Source: Candidatus Latescibacterota bacterium
GTDB lineage: Bacteria; Latescibacterota; UBA2968; UBA8231
Assembly: GCA_965208105.1 (NCBI GenBank)
Contig: OZ242318.1
Location: forward strand, 2,816,001 to 2,880,000
DNA length: 64,000 nt
Direction of reading: 5' to 3'
Part shown: positions 10,179-19,415 of the stretch, one piece after another
Layout: every line of letters starts with the position of its first letter
How positions within the stretch are numbered: position 1 is the stretch's first letter
The notes under the pieces: model-generated
Database searches by the model: none
Told to the model about the DNA's origin: nothing
What the model saw: the letters and a program-made list of their open reading frames with translations, nothing else
Made by a program: the position numbers and the translations under genes

Positions 10179-10718
10179 ATGGAGCAAAGTCGCTTCATAA
10201 TGGCCGAACTGGAACGATTATCCTGGTGGACGCCCATCCTGGGTGCGCCCATTGCCTACACCATCGAGCAAAAGGTCGACAGGGAGGTGAAGGAGGCCGA
10301 GTTTGTCGAAATTCTGGCCTTTATCAGGATCGCCACCAAGAAACAGGGAGAGGCCAGACAGAGAATTGGAGCCCTGGAATGGGAGAACAAAACCGATGTG
10401 GAGTCCATGCAAGTTTCCCTGTCCGCAGTGCGGCGTGAAACGAAACTCATGATTGGAGCGCAGTATGCCGGACTGGCCTTCTTTGCCTTCTTCACTGCGG
10501 GGTTCGCGGGTTTTGCCCTCAGTGCCACACTGGCCGGATTCCTGGTTGCTCCCAAAACGGTTCCAGGAGCCGCGCTTGCCGTGGTTGCGGGGGTGGCCCT
10601 CGCCCATTGGGTGGCGCGTTCGCTGTGGAGACAGACTGCGGTAAAACGCGAGCGCGAACTGCAAACCCTTCTTGAGCGGCTTGCAGACCGCATAGGGAAT
10701 GATCACGGGGCCGGGTAA
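10179..10718 (+). CDS. Hypothetical membrane protein (2 TM)
   Basis: Starts 10 bp after the previous gene; two hydrophobic helices in the C-terminal half. Confidence 0.65.
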   Translation: MEQSRFIMAELERLSWWTPILGAPIAYTIEQKVDREVKEAEFVEILAFIRIATKKQGEARQRIGALEWENKTDVESMQVSLSAVRRETKLMIGAQYAGLAFFAFFTAGFAGFALSATLAGFLVAPKTVPGAALAVVAGVALAHWVARSLWRQTAVKRERELQTLLERLADRIGNDHGAG

Positions 10719-10875
10719 TTGTAAAGCCGCAGGCAAATCGCGGGGCTTCTCTCAGGAACCATGCCCGGATGCCTTCATTCCGGGGTCCGCTACCATGCGG
10801 GACAAACATTTCAAGAGGTCTCAAATCACCATTCTGCCATTCTGCCCATCTGTTTATCGCCAGGAGATGATGTAA

Positions 10876-11622
10876 GTGAAACTAGAAGGCAAGATCGCCC
10901 TGATTACTGGTGGAGCTACCGGAATCGGACGCGCCACCGCCGAACTCTACGGTACCGAAGGTGCCACTGTGATTGTCGTTGATTTCAACGAGCCCGAAGG
11001 ACGCAGGGCCGTGAAGGAGATAGAAAAGGCGGGAGGGAGCGCGTCCTTCTATCAGGCGGACGTGCGCAGCGAAGAAGATGTGAGCTCCGTCTTCAAGGAT
11101 GTCGCTTCGAAGTACGGCCGTCTCGATGTGCTGGTCTGCAGTGCCGGCGTACTCAAGGGGGCGCGAAAGAGGATCGACGCTCTGTTGGAAGAGGATTGGA
11201 ACGCGACCATTGATACCAACCTGAAGGGAACTTTCCTGACGATCAAGCACTCGGTCGCGCTTTTGGAAAAAGCAGGCACTTCCGTTCTCCTGCTGATCTC
11301 TTCAGGGGCCGGAGTCCGGGGAGGCAGCTCTTCGTATGCCTATGCGGCCAGCAAAGGCGGCATGCACGCACTGCACTACAACCTTGAAAGCCAGCTCAAT
11401 CCTATCGGCGTTCGCGTCCACGTGGTCTGCCCGGGAAGTATCAGCACTCCTCTGAAGCTGGAAAACATAGCCGATATCGCAAGGGTAGAGGGCAGGGATC
11501 CGGAGGAGGCCGTGGCCCAGGCACGGCAGGAGTTGGGCCATCCACTAGGCGTAGCGAGGGTATTGACCTTCCTTGCTTCCAGGGATGCAGACTATGTGCG
11601 CGGAACCATTTTCACCCGGTAG
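10876..11622 (+). CDS. Short-chain dehydrogenase/reductase
   Basis: ALITGGATGIG, YAASK, VRVHVVCPG; AGGAG RBS with GTG start. Confidence 0.93.
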   Translation: MKLEGKIALITGGATGIGRATAELYGTEGATVIVVDFNEPEGRRAVKEIEKAGGSASFYQADVRSEEDVSSVFKDVASKYGRLDVLVCSAGVLKGARKRIDALLEEDWNATIDTNLKGTFLTIKHSVALLEKAGTSVLLLISSGAGVRGGSSSYAYAASKGGMHALHYNLESQLNPIGVRVHVVCPGSISTPLKLENIADIARVEGRDPEEAVAQARQELGHPLGVARVLTFLASRDADYVRGTIFTR

Positions 11623-11673
11623 GACGGCCTGATCGACATCCCCTCCGGGAATGCGCCACCTCCCGGGCTCCTA

Positions 11674-11835
11674 GTGTCCCGCCGCAGAGATAGGTTGGCG
11701 AAATTAGGCCGCCGAGGCGCCAGGCTCACAAGGCGCCTGAGCGAGTCGTACCAGTAGCGTACGGCGAGTGAAGGCAACGCCGTGGGCCGGGATGGATCGG
11801 CGGAAAAATGGCGACATATTTCTGCGACGGGACAC
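11674..11835. mobile_element. 162-bp MITE-like element, copy 2 (inverted relative to copy 1)
   Basis: TA-GTGTCCCGCCGCAGAGATAGGT...ATTTCTGCGACGGGACAC-TA; TA flanks both ends. Confidence 0.85.
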
Positions 11836-12728
11836 TAAGGCAGAATTTCCTTGCTGATCACTGCCCTGGTGGTTACCGGAAAGATCCCGGGATCGCAGCA
11901 CTGGCAGATCTGCACGTCAACAGCTGCACTCATCAGCATATAAGCTTCTTCAAAACTGAAATTCAGCCGGCGCTGAAGGAGCAGGGCCATTTCCTCGGCC
12001 GCCATGCGCGTTGCCTGCGCCATCTCCTTGTGTTCACCTGTGGTCACCCAGAATTGGGGAGTCTCGATCAATGGGCGGGCAATGGCCTTTTCCTTGATCA
12101 GGCTCACCTTCACTTTGACCTGGGCACAGATTTCCAATCCGACATAGGATAGCTCCCCATCCCCCTGGCTGCCATGGACGTCACCAAGGGCCAGAAGGGC
12201 TCCTGCCACGTAAACCGGAAGGTAGATCCGGCTGCCGGTCGTGACATATTTGTTGTCCATATTGCCGCCATGGGGTCCCGGGAAAGAGTTGCCTACTCCT
12301 TCTCCAGCCGGCGCCGTTCCGATAACGCCGATCATTGGCCGAGCCTGGAAGCGAATGCGCTTGCCGAAGAGAACCGTACCATCCTCTATTTCGGCGACTC
12401 TCGTAACGTGCCTGTCTGCCAGATGACCCAGCAGTCCCTGTCCGGCTTTGACAGCGAGATATCCCCTGTCCGCAAGGTCGATTCCTTCCACCTCGATGCA
12501 GAGGGTATCCCCCGGCCCGGCGCCTCGCACGAACACGGGCCCGGTAGCGGGATTGGAACCCAGGGGGTGGGGCCGGTCCAGTAGGTCCGCCTCGCTCTGG
12601 ATGGTGCCCGTGCGGGCGTCGTAGGTCTCGAATACAACCACGTCTCCTGGATCAACCGCTGTCACCGGGGGGTTGCTTTTATCCATTCCGTAGACGACGT
12701 GGTCGCGGGTGATGTGATGCTCCGCCAT
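11835..12728 (-). CDS. Acetamidase/formamidase family protein
   Basis: NPATGPVFVRGA.PGD, PMIGVIGTAP, HGGNMDN, GDVHGSQGDGE. Confidence 0.92.
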   Translation of the reverse strand: MAEHHITRDHVVYGMDKSNPPVTAVDPGDVVVFETYDARTGTIQSEADLLDRPHPLGSNPATGPVFVRGAGPGDTLCIEVEGIDLADRGYLAVKAGQGLLGHLADRHVTRVAEIEDGTVLFGKRIRFQARPMIGVIGTAPAGEGVGNSFPGPHGGNMDNKYVTTGSRIYLPVYVAGALLALGDVHGSQGDGELSYVGLEICAQVKVKVSLIKEKAIARPLIETPQFWVTTGEHKEMAQATRMAAEEMALLLQRRLNFSFEEAYMLMSAAVDVQICQCCDPGIFPVTTRAVISKEILP

Positions 12729-12827
12729 AATCAACCTCCTACTTGCCAAGAGAAAACAAAGTGCTTTCTTTTCCGCGAACAGCAGTATTCATCAGGCCAG
12801 GATTTACCTTTCAAGCACGAGGCAAGA

Positions 12828-13823
12828 ATGGGAAACATAGACTATATCCCTTTCGACAGGGACATCTGGGAGGAAGAGCTGGAGGATTTCGTCCCCGCGA
12901 CGATATACGATATGCACGTTCATATGTGGTCCGAAAAACACCGGGGGAAGCTGGAGGGACCGGCGGCGGGCCTGCGCCTGGAGATCGATTACAACGACCA
13001 TCTGGATTGGGCGGCAAAATTGTACCCCGGCCGCGAGATGCACTACCTGGTATTGGGAACGCCTCTGGTCGGGATCGATATTGAAGGCCACAATAGCTGG
13101 ATGGCAGAACAAATGAGGAAGGACCCTCAATCAGAAGTCAACTTGCTGGTCACTCCGGACTTGAGCCAGGAGTACGTCGCCGAGCAGGTGAAGTCCCATG
13201 ATTTCTTCGGCCTGAAACCTTACCGGGTTTTCGCTCCGGATCAGAACAATGGCAGGATTCGCGACTTTCTGCCCGAGTCATTTATTGAAGTCGCGGACGA
13301 CCTCGGACTGGCCATAACCATGCACCTGTCCAAGAAAAGCGGTTCAGCGGACCCTGAAAATTTGAAAGACCTGAAATACTACACCTCGCGTTACCCGAGG
13401 GCACAGTGGATTTTGGCGCATTGTGCCCGGGCCTTCAACTCGTTTATCCTGGAAGGGGCCATTCATACCCTTGTCGACCTGCCCAATATATGGTATGACA
13501 CCTCGGCCGTAAACGATCTGTACACGCATTACCTGCTGATGAAGCACGAGAACCGCAAAAGGGTCATGTTCGGTTCGGACAATGTCTGTGCGGGATGCGT
13601 CCGCGGCAAGTACATCACCTACGGTCGTGCCTGGGGGCATATCGATGGATTGCCGGAAGCGGATCACTGCGACCCCGCCGCTACATTTGTGATCTACGAG
13701 CAGTTGAGACAGGAAAAACAGGTGGCGGAGATGCTCGGCTTGAGCCGCGACGAAATCAACGACCACTTCTCAGGCAATGCACGGCGTTTTATCCGTCAGG
13801 TCCGCGGTTCCCGCCGGACATGA
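12828..13823 (+). CDS. Amidohydrolase family protein (Amidohydro_2-like)
   Basis: IYDMHVH, ITMH, ILAHCAR, YDTSAV, VMFGSD. Confidence 0.85.
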   Translation: MGNIDYIPFDRDIWEEELEDFVPATIYDMHVHMWSEKHRGKLEGPAAGLRLEIDYNDHLDWAAKLYPGREMHYLVLGTPLVGIDIEGHNSWMAEQMRKDPQSEVNLLVTPDLSQEYVAEQVKSHDFFGLKPYRVFAPDQNNGRIRDFLPESFIEVADDLGLAITMHLSKKSGSADPENLKDLKYYTSRYPRAQWILAHCARAFNSFILEGAIHTLVDLPNIWYDTSAVNDLYTHYLLMKHENRKRVMFGSDNVCAGCVRGKYITYGRAWGHIDGLPEADHCDPAATFVIYEQLRQEKQVAEMLGLSRDEINDHFSGNARRFIRQVRGSRRT

Positions 13824-13918
13824 CAACCTTTCCAAATGGCTTTCGAGCGGTTTGCGCCGACTGGTATCGTCCCCTGGAAACCGGAAATTAATTTGTGGCC
13901 GAGATTTCGGAGGATTGC

Positions 13919-14965
13919 ATGACCCAACCCATTCCCCTTCGCCTCATCAACAGCGTTGCCCCAATCCGGATATGCGACAATGGCGGTTGGACGGATACCT
14001 GGTTTGCCGGTTACGGCAAGATTTTCAATATCGGGGTATATCCCTATGCCAGCGTTCAACTCCAGGTATTCAGACGGGACCAGGTGGAAAACCGAATTGT
14101 CATTTTTGCTGAAAATTACGGCACGCGCTACACGGTCGAGCCCGAAGGGTTCAAAGAGGACCGGCATCCCCTCCTCGAAGCGGCCATCGAGTACATGCAA
14201 ATCCCCAGAGATATCGCCCTCGAAGCGACAATTTTCTGCGAGGCGCCGGCAGGCTGCTCCACGGGCACTTCAGCAGCGGTTACCGTAGCTCTTATAGGAG
14301 CCCTGGACCTGCTGACCCCCGGTCGGTTGACTCCCTACCAGGTGGCACTGACGGCACAGCGGATAGAAGTGGAGATGCTGAAGCAACAATGCGGCATTCA
14401 AGATCAGTTGTGCTCCGCTTTCGGTGGAATCAACTACATCGAAATGTTCAAATATCCCCATGCCGCCGTTTCCCAGCTGCACGTCCCCAATTCAATCTGG
14501 TGGGAACTGGAGCGTCGGCTGGTCCTGATTTTCCTGGGGAAATCGCACAGCTCATCAGCCGTTCACGAGAAGGTAATCGCCGATCTGGAAGGAGATGGAC
14601 CGGAGTCAGATAAACTCGAGGATTTACGCCAGACCGCTGAAAAGTCGCGCGACGCGGTTTACGCTGGTGATTTTACAGCTTTGGGAAGGACCATGATCGA
14701 GAATACGGAGGCGCAAACGCGGCTTCACCCCGATTTGGTGAGCGCGGCTGCTCACGTGATCATCGACCTGGCCAGGGAACACGGAGCTTTAGGCTGGAAG
14801 GTGAACGGTGCAGGCGGCGACGGTGGTTCAATTACCATTTTAACCGGTCTTCATTCTCATCAAAAACGCGATCTCATTCGGGAAATAGAATCCGCCGATC
14901 CTCTCTTTCAGAATATCCCCATCTACCTGAGCCGGCACGGTCTCCGCCTCTGGGAATCTGATTGA
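13919..14965 (+). CDS. GHMP kinase (HddA/heptose-7-phosphate kinase-like)
   Basis: APIRICDNGGWTD, PAGCSTGTSAA, GIQDQ, KVNGAGGDGG; GGAGG RBS. Confidence 0.88.
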   Translation: MTQPIPLRLINSVAPIRICDNGGWTDTWFAGYGKIFNIGVYPYASVQLQVFRRDQVENRIVIFAENYGTRYTVEPEGFKEDRHPLLEAAIEYMQIPRDIALEATIFCEAPAGCSTGTSAAVTVALIGALDLLTPGRLTPYQVALTAQRIEVEMLKQQCGIQDQLCSAFGGINYIEMFKYPHAAVSQLHVPNSIWWELERRLVLIFLGKSHSSSAVHEKVIADLEGDGPESDKLEDLRQTAEKSRDAVYAGDFTALGRTMIENTEAQTRLHPDLVSAAAHVIIDLAREHGALGWKVNGAGGDGGSITILTGLHSHQKRDLIREIESADPLFQNIPIYLSRHGLRLWESD

Positions 14966-15049
14966 TCGGGATTTCGTCGATTTTGCCGATGTTCGGAGGG
15001 TTCGATCAGCGCGGCCCCGATGGGTTCGACCTCAACTCCCGGACTTTGC

Positions 15050-15529
15050 TCAGGGCCGGGAGCTTGCCTCTCGCCATGTCCTTTGCAGCTCAGCGATGAG
15101 GGTCTCCTTGTTGGCACGGGAAACCTGGCGGCCCCGTATTCTGACACCTGGGGTCTCACGCACCAACTGGCGCAACCGCGCAACCGATGTCGCCTCCAGC
15201 TCGATCTCCGAAGGCTTTGCCGATTGTTCCGGAGCAGGATCGGACCCAGGAACTGAATGCCTTTCCAGCAGGGCCTGAAGGTCCGGGTGCGGCCTGGGAA
15301 TGACGTGACTACTGACCACCTCGCTGAATCGCCGGGCAGCTTCGGCACCAGCTTGAACGGCAGTCTGCACCGAGGCCACATCACCGTAAAAACGCAGGGA
15401 AACCAGACCTCCCCCGATGGTCTCGAAGGCAAGCAGGCTGATATTGGCTGCTTTGGCGGCCACATCAGCAGCTTCGACGGCTCCGACCAGTCCCCGAGTT
15501 TCGATGAGTCCTATGGCAGTCTTTGCCAT
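15050..15529 (-). CDS. Bacterial microcompartment hexameric shell protein with C-terminal extension
   Basis: AIGLIETRGLVGAVEAADVAAKAA...GDVASVQTAV...HVIPRPH, followed by a linker and ~45-aa basic helical tail. Confidence 0.93.
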   Translation of the reverse strand: MAKTAIGLIETRGLVGAVEAADVAAKAANISLLAFETIGGGLVSLRFYGDVASVQTAVQAGAEAARRFSEVVSSHVIPRPHPDLQALLERHSVPGSDPAPEQSAKPSEIELEATSVARLRQLVRETPGVRIRGRQVSRANKETLIAELQRTWREASSRP

Positions 15530-15562
15530 TGCGACGCTTCTATCGACGCGGAGATGGTGCTA

Positions 15563-15790
15563 TTATCTTGCGTCGTCTTTAGCGTATGGCAGAAGGGCGA
15601 GAAAGCGGGCTCGCTTGATGGCGCGGACGACGCGGGACTGCTGCTTCCGCGACGCCCCCGTGCGACGGGCGGCTTCGATTTTACCGGTGGGCGTCAGAAA
15701 TTTCGACAGCACATCGAGGCGTTTATAGTCGATTTCTTCAAGCTTGAGCTTGGCTACGATCTCTCTGCGGTTGCGCTGAAATCTATTGAT
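15563..15790 (-). CDS. rpsR: 30S ribosomal protein S18, Cys-free; probable non-canonical ATC start
   Basis: IDYK, TGKI..RRTG, AIKRARFLALLPY; AGGAG 9 nt before ATC at 15790 gives a 75-aa protein. Confidence 0.92.
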   Translation of the reverse strand: MNRFQRNRREIVAKLKLEEIDYKRLDVLSKFLTPTGKIEAARRTGASRKQQSRVVRAIKRARFLALLPYAKDDAR

Positions 15791-15903
15791 GGCGATTTGC
15801 TCCTGTTCAACGTATGTACCGCGGTGGGACAAGAATGGAGGAAAGGACAAACCTTTGCCCCAAATGGACGGCGAAAAGAAGATAGAAAGATAGGTGCCTG
15901 GTT

Positions 15904-17286
15904 GTGGGATGTCAATATGCACACCTAAAGCCATCTCTGTCTACCAGTACCAGGGCATGTTTTGGAATATTCCTCGCATTGGGAGTAGGCGGGCTGATCC
16001 TGGCACATCCTGGCCTCTACCCAAGGGAAACCGCATATGCCCTGCTGAGCGCAGCCACGGCCCTGGCCTGGACTGCAGTAGTTGCCCGCAGGTGGCGAAC
16101 GCGCGAGCAATTCATTCCTCCCCGCATCCTGGTGGGGACGGCCGCCCTTTGGGGCACCGGGGCTATTCTGTCGGTTTCGCTCAATGCCGACGCCTCCTGG
16201 AACCCTCTTCTTTTCCTGGGTTCGCAGCTTCTATTCCTTTGGATAGGGTGGTGGCTGGCCGCCGACCGGAACGCGCTGAAGATACTGGCGGTCAGCTTCC
16301 TTGCTGGAGCTGCCCTGTCCGGCCTCTGGGCAATTGTGCAGCACTACTACCACGACCCCTTTCTGCACAGCACTCAACCTGAAGGGCGCATTGTCTCGGT
16401 CTTCGCCAATCCCAACTATTTCGGCAACTACATGGCGGCCGCCATGCCCCTGGCCCTGGCCAGCGTCATGCAGGCAAGGGACCGGCGCCTGCAGATCGCC
16501 TCATGTCTATTGACAGGTCTGGTCTATGCCGGCTTGCTTTTGACCGCCAGTCGCGGGGCCTGGTTTGCTTCTCTGGGCGGTTGCCTGGTTCTTTCCTGCG
16601 GTTTTATGCGCACATTCAGCAGGAAAGGGAGGCCTCGACGAATCTTTACCCTGTCGGCCCTTTTCCTCCTGCTGTTCGCTATCACCATCCTCCTGATTCA
16701 AAAACCATCTCTCCATCGAGGAGGATATGGTCCTGTTTCCATCCCCGAGCGCTTTATCAGCACGAAAAGCCTGTTTGGCAACTCGGAGCCTTTTTCGACG
16801 ATCAACCATCGCTTTTTTATCTGGAAGGTAAGTTGGGAGATGATTCGAACATCTCCCATCCTTGGTCTCGGGTATGGAAGTTTTCGGGACCATTTTGCTT
16901 TCTTCAGGGACCATCAAAGAGAAACCAAGCAGTTCGAGACACTGAGTTGGGCCCAGCAGACCCGAGAAAGCATCCATGCCCACAACGAGTACCTCCAGGT
17001 CTGGGTCGAAAGCGGCCTGTTAGGGCTATTGGGGTTTCTGGGGTTGGTGGGAGCAGGCTGTCTGAGAGCTGTCCAGCATGCCTGGAACGCCGGTAGAGGA
17101 GGACTGTACGCATGGGCTGTTGTGAGCATGATCACCGTGATGCTGGTCCACAGCTTGGTAAGCTACCCCCTGCGCCTGACCCTGAATGGCATGGTGTTCT
17201 TTGTTCTGCTTGGCATGGGATTCAGATCAATCGGAAGGTTCTCCCTGATAAATTACAGCAATTGTCGAGATAATCCCTCCAATTGA
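15904..17286 (+). CDS. O-antigen ligase/Wzy_C family membrane protein
   Basis: Many TM helices; FANPNYFG, TASRGAW, GLGYGSF, HAHNEYLQ; start uncertain. Confidence 0.88.
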   Translation: MGCQYAHLKPSLSTSTRACFGIFLALGVGGLILAHPGLYPRETAYALLSAATALAWTAVVARRWRTREQFIPPRILVGTAALWGTGAILSVSLNADASWNPLLFLGSQLLFLWIGWWLAADRNALKILAVSFLAGAALSGLWAIVQHYYHDPFLHSTQPEGRIVSVFANPNYFGNYMAAAMPLALASVMQARDRRLQIASCLLTGLVYAGLLLTASRGAWFASLGGCLVLSCGFMRTFSRKGRPRRIFTLSALFLLLFAITILLIQKPSLHRGGYGPVSIPERFISTKSLFGNSEPFSTINHRFFIWKVSWEMIRTSPILGLGYGSFRDHFAFFRDHQRETKQFETLSWAQQTRESIHAHNEYLQVWVESGLLGLLGFLGLVGAGCLRAVQHAWNAGRGGLYAWAVVSMITVMLVHSLVSYPLRLTLNGMVFFVLLGMGFRSIGRFSLINYSNCRDNPSN

Positions 17287-17299
17287 GCCGGTGTGTCCA

Positions 17300-17323
17300 G
17301 CGTCCCGTCGCAGAGATAGGTTG
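17300..17323. repeat. Solo terminal repeat of the 162-bp MITE
   Basis: GCGTCCCGTCGCAGAGATAGGTTG matches the MITE end; lies between convergent genes. Confidence 0.7.
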
Positions 17324-17428
17324 TGCGCTGTGCGCCATACCAGCATTGGCGACTCCCTGGTTTTTCATTACCGGTGGTTCGATCCGCTGGGGAACCGCTA
17401 CAAGATTTCGAAGAGATTCCGGGGCCGC

Positions 17429-18592
17429 CTACCGCGCCTTCCCATGCAGCTTGCGCATTATCTGAAAGTGCGGCACGCCACGGGACCTCATAAGGGAATA
17501 TTCATCTTCGTCGACACCCTGGCGCTGGAGAAATCCGCGGATGTCGTAGGTCCCTGGCTGTTTCGCGGGCAGCGAGCCCTCTTCGAGCATCATTTCCAGG
17601 GGATAACCCTTCTCCCTCAAGGGCAGGTGGACAACCTCGTGGCGGCGTGCCGACTCGTAGAGAGCCATCATGATTTCCACCGTATCCCGCGCCCTGCGCC
17701 CGGAACCGCGATGCTCGGCGCCGCCTTCGATCCAATCCACGAGTTCGCGCAATTGCGCAGCATGGGTTTGGCCTCCCATTCCGCGGATCTCCGTTTCCGC
17801 CACGCCCAGATCGATCTGCTTCCAGCCCTTGGTGGCACCATTGAAGAGCCTGACTCCCGCCTGGTGAACGTCAAGCGCGCCCTCCGAGCCGTGGACAGAA
17901 AAGCCCGCGGCCGAAGCATCCCTGGCCCCGAGGTCGGACTGGATGAATAGCTGAATATTTTCCTCCATCTGCACCAACCCCATACAGCAGTCTTCAATAG
18001 GGGTGCCGCGCTCGTAGCGTTCGGTCCTGCGTTCCACCGCCCCCATTACCCAGAGAGTTGATGGCTCGCCCAGGACAAATCGAGCTCCGTCGATCACGTG
18101 GGTGCCCCAATTGGTCAATCCGTCGGCCACCTTGCAGTTTACCAACAAGGGAGAACCGATGGCCTGACGCCGGATGAGATCGCGCGCCTTTTCCCAGCCC
18201 GGTGTAAAGCGCCGCTGGTGCCCTATAACTAGTTTGGTGCCACTATTGTGGCAGGCTTCGACCATTCTGTCTGCTGCGCCCAACCCTATGGCCATGGGCT
18301 TTTCGCAGATAATCCCTTTGACCCCCGCCTGGGCGGCTGCGATGGTCTGAGACGGATGCAGTAAATGCCAGGTACACACACTGACAATATCCGGCCGGTC
18401 GTTCTCGAGCATTTTCTCGATTGTGGGAAATTGCCGGGGAATTCCGTACTCTTCCACGTACTGGCTGCGGGCCGCCTTCACGGGATCGACAACCGCAACG
18501 ACATCCACGTTGTCGACGAGTTGGTATCCCTGCATGTGGGAGTGAGCGATTGAACCACACCCGATGATTGCCGCAGTATATGATTTGGACAT
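17429..18592 (-). CDS. Gfo/Idh/MocA family oxidoreductase
   Basis: AAIIGCGSIA, ICEKPMA, HQRRF, WGTHVID. Confidence 0.92.
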   Translation of the reverse strand: MSKSYTAAIIGCGSIAHSHMQGYQLVDNVDVVAVVDPVKAARSQYVEEYGIPRQFPTIEKMLENDRPDIVSVCTWHLLHPSQTIAAAQAGVKGIICEKPMAIGLGAADRMVEACHNSGTKLVIGHQRRFTPGWEKARDLIRRQAIGSPLLVNCKVADGLTNWGTHVIDGARFVLGEPSTLWVMGAVERRTERYERGTPIEDCCMGLVQMEENIQLFIQSDLGARDASAAGFSVHGSEGALDVHQAGVRLFNGATKGWKQIDLGVAETEIRGMGGQTHAAQLRELVDWIEGGAEHRGSGRRARDTVEIMMALYESARRHEVVHLPLREKGYPLEMMLEEGSLPAKQPGTYDIRGFLQRQGVDEDEYSLMRSRGVPHFQIMRKLHGKAR

Positions 18593-18662
18593 TGGCAGCC
18601 TCTTGAATTTAATTTTTGGAGGGGACTAAAATAAGCAGGTGATCTTTTCGCGGCTATGCCTC

Positions 18663-19091
18663 ATGGACACAATTGAGATTACTTCCCGGTTGAGAATTCC
18701 ACTCGCCGAATTGCGCTTTTCCTTTGATCGCAGTTCCGGGCCTGGTGGACAGAAGGTCAATAAATCGAATACCAGGGCGGAGTTGCGCTTCATCCCGGGG
18801 AACAGTTCAGTCCTCGATGAAGGTCAACGACGGCGGCTTGAGGAGGGGTTGGGCTCTCGTTTGAGCAAGGAAGGGGTGCTTTCCATTCGCTCCGACAGGT
18901 ACCGCACCCAGCTGCAAAACAAGAATGACTGCCTCGAAAAGTTCGCCGCTTTGCTGGCCGCATTGCTCGCGCCACCCCCACCCAGGCGCCTGCCCACACG
19001 CCCCACCCGGGCGGCGGTGGCGCGGCGACGCCGGGACAAGGAGCACCAGGGCAAGGTGAAGAAATTGCGACGGCGACCCACCGAGGAGTGA
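18663..19091 (+). CDS. arfB: Alternative ribosome-rescue peptidyl-tRNA hydrolase ArfB (YaeJ)
   Basis: RSSGPGGQKVNK, R.Q..N and a basic C-terminal tail RLPTRPT...KKLRR. Confidence 0.95.
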   Translation: MDTIEITSRLRIPLAELRFSFDRSSGPGGQKVNKSNTRAELRFIPGNSSVLDEGQRRRLEEGLGSRLSKEGVLSIRSDRYRTQLQNKNDCLEKFAALLAALLAPPPPRRLPTRPTRAAVARRRRDKEHQGKVKKLRRRPTEE

Positions 19092-19281
19092 ATCCCTGGC
19101 AGCCCGTTGATAAAGTTGCTCTGCAGGCGAGGCCGAGGCATGGCGGTCGAAGGCAAGGCCTGCGACCGAGGCGAATCGAGGGGATTCGGAGAGGCTGCGC
19201 AACGCCGTATTCGACCGCCAGGGCCGGCCGCAGCCCGGATGGACTGTTTCAACGGGCTGCCAAATCCCGGCTGCAAATCCC

Positions 19282-19331
19282 TTGCGATATGGCCCAATGG
19301 AGACTATATTTAACCTTAACGTAAAGGTTAA
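19282..19331 (+). promoter_or_regulatory. Sigma70-type promoter with palindromic operator upstream of the sigma factor gene
   Basis: TTGCGA-17-TATATT followed by TTAACCTT-AACGTA-AAGGTTAA (19310-19331). Confidence 0.6.
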
Positions 19332-19415
19332 TGCCATTGTCGGATCCAGGGCGGGCAATAAAACCGGCAAAAATTGGGTACGGCTATCGAGGGGATTAGC
19401 GGAGGGCTCCAGGGC

